A stretch of DNA of 64,000 bases from Novosphingobium sp. (GTDB lineage Bacteria; Pseudomonadota; Alphaproteobacteria; Sphingomonadales; Sphingomonadaceae). This document shows, one piece after another, positions 56,612-64,000 of the stretch; the stretch's first letter is position 1, and the number at the start of each line of letters is the position of its first letter. The translations under genes and the position numbers were made by a program. Location of the stretch: positions 555 through 64,554 of the forward strand of contig JBDUBN010000001.1 of NCBI GenBank assembly GCA_040004085.1, in the 5' to 3' direction. Below the pieces are notes generated by a model, which saw only the letters and a program-made list of their open reading frames with translations, was not told the DNA's origin and did not search any database.

Positions 56612-58980
56612 TTTTCAGCGGCGGCGATCGTGCCAATCGTCCGCACGAAACTGTCGGGATTTAGCGAAATGGAATCGATGCCCTTTCCAACCAGGAACTC
56701 GGCGAAATCGGGATAGTTGCTGGGCGCCTGTCCGCAAATGCCGATTTTGATGCCGGAAGCGTGAGCCTTGCCGATAGCTTCGGCGATCATGATCTTTACC
56801 GCTTCATCCCGTTCGTCGAACAAGGCTGCCAGGAGATCTGAGTCCCGGTCCACGCCCAGCACAAGCTGCGTGAGGTCGTTTGACCCGATGGAGAACCCGT
56901 CGAACCGCTCGGCGAACTCCTTGGCCAATATGACGTTGGACGGGATTTCACACATCATGTAAATTTGCAGGCCATTTTCGCCGCGCTTCAAACTGTTCTC
57001 GGCCATCGCCGCGATCACTCGGTCCGCTTCCGCCGGAGTCCGGCAGAACGGCACCATGACGATGACATTGGTAAAGCCCAGCTCGTCGCGAACCCGCTTC
57101 AGGGCCTGGCATTCCAGGGCAAAGCCCTCCCGGTAGCGTTCGTCGTAATAACGTGAGGCACCCCGAAAACCGAGCATCGGGTTTTCCTCTTCCGGCTCGA
57201 AGGCCTGTCCCCCGATCAGGTGCGAATATTCATTAGTCTTGAAATCGCTAAGGCGGACGATGGCCGGATAAGGATGATAGGGCGTCGCCAGCTTGGCGAT
57301 CCCTCGCGAAAGTAGCTCGACGAAATAATCCGCCGGGCTGGCGCGTCCCTGCGTCAATTCGCGGATCCGGCGGTTGTCCTCAGCACTGACGCGCTCGGGG
57401 TGGAGCAGCGCCATCGGGTGGACCTTGATCAGGTTGTTGATGATGAATTCCATCCGGGCAAGTCCCACGCCTTTCGCCGGAAGGCGCCACCACTGGAACG
57501 CGGCCGAAGGCTCGGCGATATTCACCATGACTTGCGTCTTGGTTTCGGGAAGTGAGCCCAGGTCGATCTCTTCGCTCTCGAAATCGAGCAACCCCTCGTA
57601 AACGATGCCCTTGTCACCACTGGCGCACGACAGGGTGATTTCCTGGTCCTGGCGCAAGGCGGTCGTTCCGCTGCCGGTTCCGACGATGGCGGGAACCCCA
57701 AGTTCGCGGCTGACGATCGCGGCATGACTGGTGTTGCCGCCATGATCGGTAATGATCCCCGCCGCCCGCTTCATCACCGGGACCCAGTCGGGATCAGTAT
57801 TTCCCGTCACTAGGATCGCACCGTCGGGGAAGCGGGCGATATCGGCAACATCGCGAATCACGCAGGCCTTGCCCACTGCGATGGCTGTGCCGATGGCCGC
57901 TCCGGTGAGAATGGGGGTGCCCTTGCCATTCAGGCTGAAGCGCTTGAAGGAGGAACTGCTGAGGCTCGACTGAACGGTTTCGGGCCTTGCCTGAACCAGA
58001 TAGAGCAGGCGGGTCTCCCCGTCCTTTGCCCATTCCAAATCCATCGGCCGGCCGTAATGGTTCTCGACGATGACGGCCCATCGAGCGAGCTCGATGATCT
58101 CGTCATCCTCGAGCACGAATTTACGCCGCTCGGCGAGACTGGTCTCGACGATCCGGGTGTGTTTGCTGCCCCCCTCGGCATAGTTCATCCGGATGGCCTT
58201 GCCGCCACAGGTCTTCTCGATGATTGGGTGCGCCTCGGGCTTTTCCAGCAGCGGCTTGAACACGACATATTTGTCCGGATCGACCAGGCCCTGCACTACC
58301 GTCTCACCAAGCCCCCAAGCGGCGCTGATCACGGCGACGCGGGGGAATCCCGTCTCGGTGTCGATCGTGAAGATCACGCCCGACCCAGCCAGGTCCGAGC
58401 GCACCATCTGCTGGATGCCGATCGAAAGGGCGACCGCGAAATGATCGAAGCCCTTGGCTTCGCGATAGCTAATCGCACGATCGGTGAAGAGCGAGGCAAA
58501 GCAGCGCCTGCAGGCAGCCCGCAAGGCTCGGTGCCCGCGAATGTTGAGGAAAGTCTCCTGCTGGCCAGCAAAGCTGGCGTCGGGAAGGTCCTCGGCCGTT
58601 GCACTGCTGCGCACAGCCACGGCCGGGTTTTTTACCTTCGTCCGCTTGGCCAGTTCGTCATAAGCGGTGCTGATCGCATCAGCCAGTTGATCAGGGATTT
58701 CGCTATCAAGGATTAGCGCCCTGATGGCCTCTCCCGCTTCCTGTAAAGTCGCCTCTTTGGCGTGATAGAGCCGGATCTGGTCGCGCATGGCCGGTTTGAT
58801 TCCGCCTGACACAATGAAATCGCGATAGGCTTCCGCGGTGGTGGCAAAGCCGGCCGGGACGCGTACACCCTTGGCCGCAAGCTCGCGAACCATCTCGCCC
58901 AAAGACGCATTCTTGCCGCCCACCGTGGGTACATCGGCAATGGTAATGTCTTCGAACCAGAGGACTGGAGATTGTGCCAT
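56608..58980 (-). CDS. ppsA: Phosphoenolpyruvate synthase
   Basis: GGKNASLGEM, SFAGQQET, TSHAAIVSRELG, EENPMLGFRG, SIGSNDLTQ. Confidence 0.96.
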   Translation of the reverse strand: MAQSPVLWFEDITIADVPTVGGKNASLGEMVRELAAKGVRVPAGFATTAEAYRDFIVSGGIKPAMRDQIRLYHAKEATLQEAGEAIRALILDSEIPDQLADAISTAYDELAKRTKVKNPAVAVRSSATAEDLPDASFAGQQETFLNIRGHRALRAACRRCFASLFTDRAISYREAKGFDHFAVALSIGIQQMVRSDLAGSGVIFTIDTETGFPRVAVISAAWGLGETVVQGLVDPDKYVVFKPLLEKPEAHPIIEKTCGGKAIRMNYAEGGSKHTRIVETSLAERRKFVLEDDEIIELARWAVIVENHYGRPMDLEWAKDGETRLLYLVQARPETVQSSLSSSSFKRFSLNGKGTPILTGAAIGTAIAVGKACVIRDVADIARFPDGAILVTGNTDPDWVPVMKRAAGIITDHGGNTSHAAIVSRELGVPAIVGTGSGTTALRQDQEITLSCASGDKGIVYEGLLDFESEEIDLGSLPETKTQVMVNIAEPSAAFQWWRLPAKGVGLARMEFIINNLIKVHPMALLHPERVSAEDNRRIRELTQGRASPADYFVELLSRGIAKLATPYHPYPAIVRLSDFKTNEYSHLIGGQAFEPEEENPMLGFRGASRYYDERYREGFALECQALKRVRDELGFTNVIVMVPFCRTPAEADRVIAAMAENSLKRGENGLQIYMMCEIPSNVILAKEFAERFDGFSIGSNDLTQLVLGVDRDSDLLAALFDERDEAVKIMIAEAIGKAHASGIKIGICGQAPSNYPDFAEFLVGKGIDSISLNPDSFVRTIGTIAAAEK

Positions 58981-59002
58981 TATCGCGCTTCCTGAATACG
59001 AG

Positions 59003-60022
59003 TTAATTAGTCGACGGTAAAAACTTTTTCGACGTCAATCGGTTGGCAAGCGGTCTGTTCGCCTCTGAGTCAGCAATGTTGGCAAGTGTAGTTTCCGCGA
59101 TTGCGGCCAAGGCTTCCTCGGTGAGGAATGCCTGGTGTCCCGTCACCAGGACGTTCGGGAACGTCAACAATCGCTGGAAAACGTCGTCCTGGACAATCTC
59201 GTTCGACAGGTCGGTGAAAAAGAGGTCAGCTTCCTGTTCATAGACATCGAGTGCTACCCCGCCGATATGTCCGCACTTCAGCCCTTCGACCAGCGCCTCC
59301 GTGTCGATCAGCGCCCCACGACTGGTATTGACGATCGTCAGTCCCGGTCGTGCGCGGTCAATCGTCGCCGCATTTATCAGATGGCGCGTGCCTGGCGTCA
59401 GCGGACAGTGGAGCGAGACGATGTCACTATGTTCCAATAGAGCTTTGGCGGTGACGTAGCGCACACCAATTGTTTCCAGCTCGGCGTTTGCGACGGGATC
59501 GCTGGCGAACACCTCACAGCCAAATCCGAGACGAAGCGTGCGGGCCACGAGCGCGCCGATTCTGCCGGTGCCGACGACACCGGCAACACGGCCACGCAGA
59601 TTGCGCCCGATCAATCCGTCTAGCGCGAAATTGTCGTCGCGTACGCGTGCCCAAGCGCGGGGAATCTTACGCTCAAGGGCCAGTAGCAAGCCGATGGTGA
59701 ATTCCGCCACCGCGTATGGGGAATAGGCTGGCACGCGGACGACCGTGATCCCGAGAGTATCGGCCGCCCGCAGATCGATATTATTGAAGCCGGCACAACG
59801 CAGCGCAACCAGTGTCACGCCATAGCCCTTCAGTTGTTCAAGCACAGCCTGGTCAAGGCAGTCATTAACGAACACGCACACACCCGCAAAGCCTTCGGCG
59901 AGCTTTGCGGTGGCTAACTCCAGGCACGGTTCCAGAAAAACGAGGTCATGGTTGAAGCGCACATTCGCCGCCGACAAAAAGCTGCGATCATAAATTTTGG
60001 CGCCGAACACCGCGACACGCAT
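59003..60022 (-). CDS. ldhA: D-2-hydroxyacid dehydrogenase, D-lactate dehydrogenase-like
   Basis: LRCAGFNN, VPAYSPYAVAE, GTGRIG, NTSRG, DVYEQE, TGHQAF. Confidence 0.88.
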   Translation of the reverse strand: MRVAVFGAKIYDRSFLSAANVRFNHDLVFLEPCLELATAKLAEGFAGVCVFVNDCLDQAVLEQLKGYGVTLVALRCAGFNNIDLRAADTLGITVVRVPAYSPYAVAEFTIGLLLALERKIPRAWARVRDDNFALDGLIGRNLRGRVAGVVGTGRIGALVARTLRLGFGCEVFASDPVANAELETIGVRYVTAKALLEHSDIVSLHCPLTPGTRHLINAATIDRARPGLTIVNTSRGALIDTEALVEGLKCGHIGGVALDVYEQEADLFFTDLSNEIVQDDVFQRLLTFPNVLVTGHQAFLTEEALAAIAETTLANIADSEANRPLANRLTSKKFLPSTN

Positions 60023-60147
60023 CCTGTTGTCCTTGCTCGCTTGCGGTGATCCTCAAGGCTAAAGGGCCTAAAGAGCCGTTTTGTTCCATAGGCAGTCGCC
60101 AGAATGCCAAATCCGCAGCCGTGCCCATCAGCACAATCTGATTCTGG

Positions 60148-61431
60148 CTATCGCATGGCCCTCAGCAAAAGATCGAGCGGAACTGTGGCAAAGGCCGAGA
60201 AGGAGTCCGCGACGCCGTAGGGCAATAGCAAGGTGCGCTCGTGCACCAATGCGCCGCAACTATAGACCACATTCGGCACATAACCATCGCGATCCTCTGG
60301 GGTTGGACTCACCAGGGGATACGACAGGCGCGCCAACACTTTCGAAGGATCGCGTTTATCGAGCAGGCAGGCGCCGAGGCAGTAGTTGCGGACGGCACCG
60401 ACGCCATGGGTGATGAGCAGCCAGCCTTCATCAATCTCGATTGGCGGGCCGCAGTTGCCGATCTGGACGAACTCCCAAGGCCAGCGTGGCTTGATAACAA
60501 TTGCGCCATCGTCCCAGTTGTAGAGATCGTTGGACTTGATCAGCCAGATGTTCTCATGATCTTGTCGGCCAAGCATGGCAAAGCGGCCGTCTATCCGCCG
60601 GGGAAACAGCGCCATGCCCTTGGTTATACTCGCTGGCCCCCGTAGCGCATTGAGGTCGAATGACTTGAAGTCGTTTGTCCGAAGCAGTTCCTGGCGAATT
60701 GCGTCGCCACTGAACGCCGTATACGTGCCAAGGTAGCTGGTAAGGCCGTCATCTTCAATAAACTGGACGAGACGAAGGTCCTCGAGGCCATGCCGCTGCC
60801 TGAGTGTTACCGGGAAAACTACCACCTCCGACAAATCGCCGTGCCCGTCGTAGAAGAGCCTAACGCCCGGGTCATCAGGCGCGCCGCCGGGTATCATTTC
60901 GATGTGTGGCGAGGTCGCCCAGGCACTTGGCGGATCGATCAAGAGTTCGCCATCGGGATTCCACAATCCGGTTCGGAAGATGATCGACGAGATGTGCCCC
61001 TCGCCGACTCCCCGGAGCGAGAGCACGATGCGCAGGGAGCCTGTCGGCACGTTTGATTGGTCCGGGTGCACGACTATGCTGGGATTGAACAGAGCCGCCG
61101 CCTCGAACGAATATTCCTCTGTGAAATACGCGCCGATCAGCAGAGCCTGCTCGGGGCTTACCGAACTCAGGTCAGTCGCCGGGTCGGTCATCTCGTGAAA
61201 TCGTCGCTGCAGGACGCGTTCGACATCCCGGTGGCGATCGGTCAAACGCGTCATCACGCGTTGGAGCCGCATCGTCAGTTCGATTGAATCGAGACTCAGG
61301 ATCCGTTCGGCGATCCGTGCCGCACGCGAGCCAATCGCAGCGCCGGAAGGAGAGCGATCATCGGCGGGTATGAAGGGGCGAAGAATGACGCGCGCTGGCT
61401 CCGGTCGCAACAGCAGAGGCAAGTGCGTCAT
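60148..61431 (-). CDS. GH130-family glycoside hydrolase/phosphorylase
   Basis: AALFNPS, GLEDLRL, TYTAF, KGMALFPR, GYVPNVVYSCG, YGVAD. Confidence 0.88.
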   Translation of the reverse strand: MTHLPLLLRPEPARVILRPFIPADDRSPSGAAIGSRAARIAERILSLDSIELTMRLQRVMTRLTDRHRDVERVLQRRFHEMTDPATDLSSVSPEQALLIGAYFTEEYSFEAAALFNPSIVVHPDQSNVPTGSLRIVLSLRGVGEGHISSIIFRTGLWNPDGELLIDPPSAWATSPHIEMIPGGAPDDPGVRLFYDGHGDLSEVVVFPVTLRQRHGLEDLRLVQFIEDDGLTSYLGTYTAFSGDAIRQELLRTNDFKSFDLNALRGPASITKGMALFPRRIDGRFAMLGRQDHENIWLIKSNDLYNWDDGAIVIKPRWPWEFVQIGNCGPPIEIDEGWLLITHGVGAVRNYCLGACLLDKRDPSKVLARLSYPLVSPTPEDRDGYVPNVVYSCGALVHERTLLLPYGVADSFSAFATVPLDLLLRAMR

Positions 61432-61704
61432 GAAGTCCTCTTCAGGTGCCTCACCTTTTGTCGGATCATTGACCGGCACGACTGCTCCTTCTGATTGCCC
61501 CTTGCGATAAAGTGGCGGGGAAATGCAGGCATAGCAGGAATGATCATACAGTTCCTCGGCGGTGATCCCGTCCAATTGCCGACGCCTGTAGCGGTTGCAT
61601 CGGTTAAGCTCAGGGTCCAAAGTCGGCCGTCACCTGCTATACGCTGTTACGACGAAATTACCGGACATCCAGTGGATATTACCTGAAAGAAATCGGAGAG
61701 AAAC

Positions 61705-61962
61705 ATGGACGATACGGAAGATTTGCGAGCCAGACTCAATTCAATCGAGTTGAGGATTGAAAAGACACGTGACCAATTGAAGCTGAAAGGGTTATTCCAC
61801 AAGGACCGTGAGGCAACCGCCGATGAGCTTCGGCAAAGATACGATCTTCTTGCTAAGCAATTAGATAATGAAGTTGGCGAACTTGAGGCACATGGCGTGC
61901 ACATCAATAGCTTAGAAAAATCCGTACTTGGTTGGGTAAACAGCTTGAATTTGGATAACTGA
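61705..61962 (+). CDS. Hypothetical small coiled-coil protein
   Basis: SD GGAG, 85 aa helical sequence, lower GC than flanks. Confidence 0.6.
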   Translation: MDDTEDLRARLNSIELRIEKTRDQLKLKGLFHKDREATADELRQRYDLLAKQLDNEVGELEAHGVHINSLEKSVLGWVNSLNLDN

Positions 61963-62676
61963 ACCCACGCTTGGAAAATTATCGTCGTCGCTCCGGTGAT
62001 TGAGGCGCACCCTCCGCGATATATTTTCAGGTTATTGGCATACTTCTGTTGAACATTTTTGCTTGAGATAGGTTATCAAGGGACGAGGAAATCGCTCTTC
62101 GGGGACTCGCTCCTATGGCGTTTTGGATTTCAAATCAGCGAAGACTTGGGCTTTGGCCCTTGCTTTGCGTCGCGACTGGAGGTCGAATGGTCCTCCCAAC
62201 CCGCTCACCCGATCATTTGGACGCGGTCCGCAGCCGGGTAACTGCGGGGTGCGAGAAAGTGCCCGGTGTGGCTTTTCCGGGTCGCAGCCCTCAACCATCA
62301 GAAGACGCGCTTCACGTCGTGGATGCCGACGGTCGGGTGCGAGCCGATCTGGGTATGCACCGCGTGCGCGTGATCGCACCGGAGCCGCCAGCGAGATGGC
62401 GGCGCGGGAAAGTAGCGCAACGAACCGTCGGAGCGATCCGGGAGACTGGCCATGAGAATGCGCTCAGTCGCCTACACAACGTCATTGACGCGCTCGGCGG
62501 TGTCTACCCAGCGCTACTTGCAAACACTCCAAGCTGGTCGATTCATTCTGCTCTGAACGTCAGCTAGGCATTTTGGACCTCAAGCTGCCCGGCTCAATGC
62601 GCCTGGCGAGATAAAATTGGATGGAACCGGGCGGCGCGAACAGGCGTATGATGGAATTGACGTTGTCTCGTCGTGA

Positions 62677-64000
<1,324 letters not shown>

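Noticed and set aside
62059-62567. Several short ORFs upstream of atpD
   Set aside because: Mutually overlapping with no recognisable family; possibly decayed DNA but not assignable.

Overview
GC-rich, alphaproteobacterial-looking (sphingomonad-like by gene content; inference) accessory DNA, most likely a conjugative plasmid or ICE, built from five blocks. (1) 1-12.3 kb: aromatic catabolism, with homoprotocatechuate-type meta-cleavage genes (hpaD/hpaE/hpaI-like), MarR and LysR regulators, a TonB-dependent receptor, an aromatic aminotransferase, an SDR, a DMT transporter and a KstD-like flavoprotein. (2) 12.4-17.5 kb: a lipoprotein, an unusual RelE-like/SF1-helicase/ankyrin fusion and a RES-Xre toxin-antitoxin pair. 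(3) 17.8-31.2 kb: a complete virB1-B11/virD4 type IV secretion operon followed by an LPD7-like protein; no relaxase is visible in the window. (4) 31.3-51.9 kb: a ~20 kb sulfide/persulfide island (TrxC, BigR/SqrR-like ArsR, RND-MFP-TolC interleaved with rhodanese, SQR and DUF2892, persulfide dioxygenase, TauE, CMD, Kup, peroxiredoxin, a second ArsR, cydDC/cydABX, a methyltransferase); three of its promoters share an ATWT-N12-AWAT motif. (5) After a nested Tn3-family scar at ~52 kb: a ClC antiporter, a tandem SpoIIAA-like protein, a GH130-ldhA-ppsA-pfkB operon and the start of an N-ATPase-type atpD. The two edge genes (hpaD-like and atpD) are missing from the ORF track and were translated by hand. 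All family assignments come from motif recognition, not database searches.
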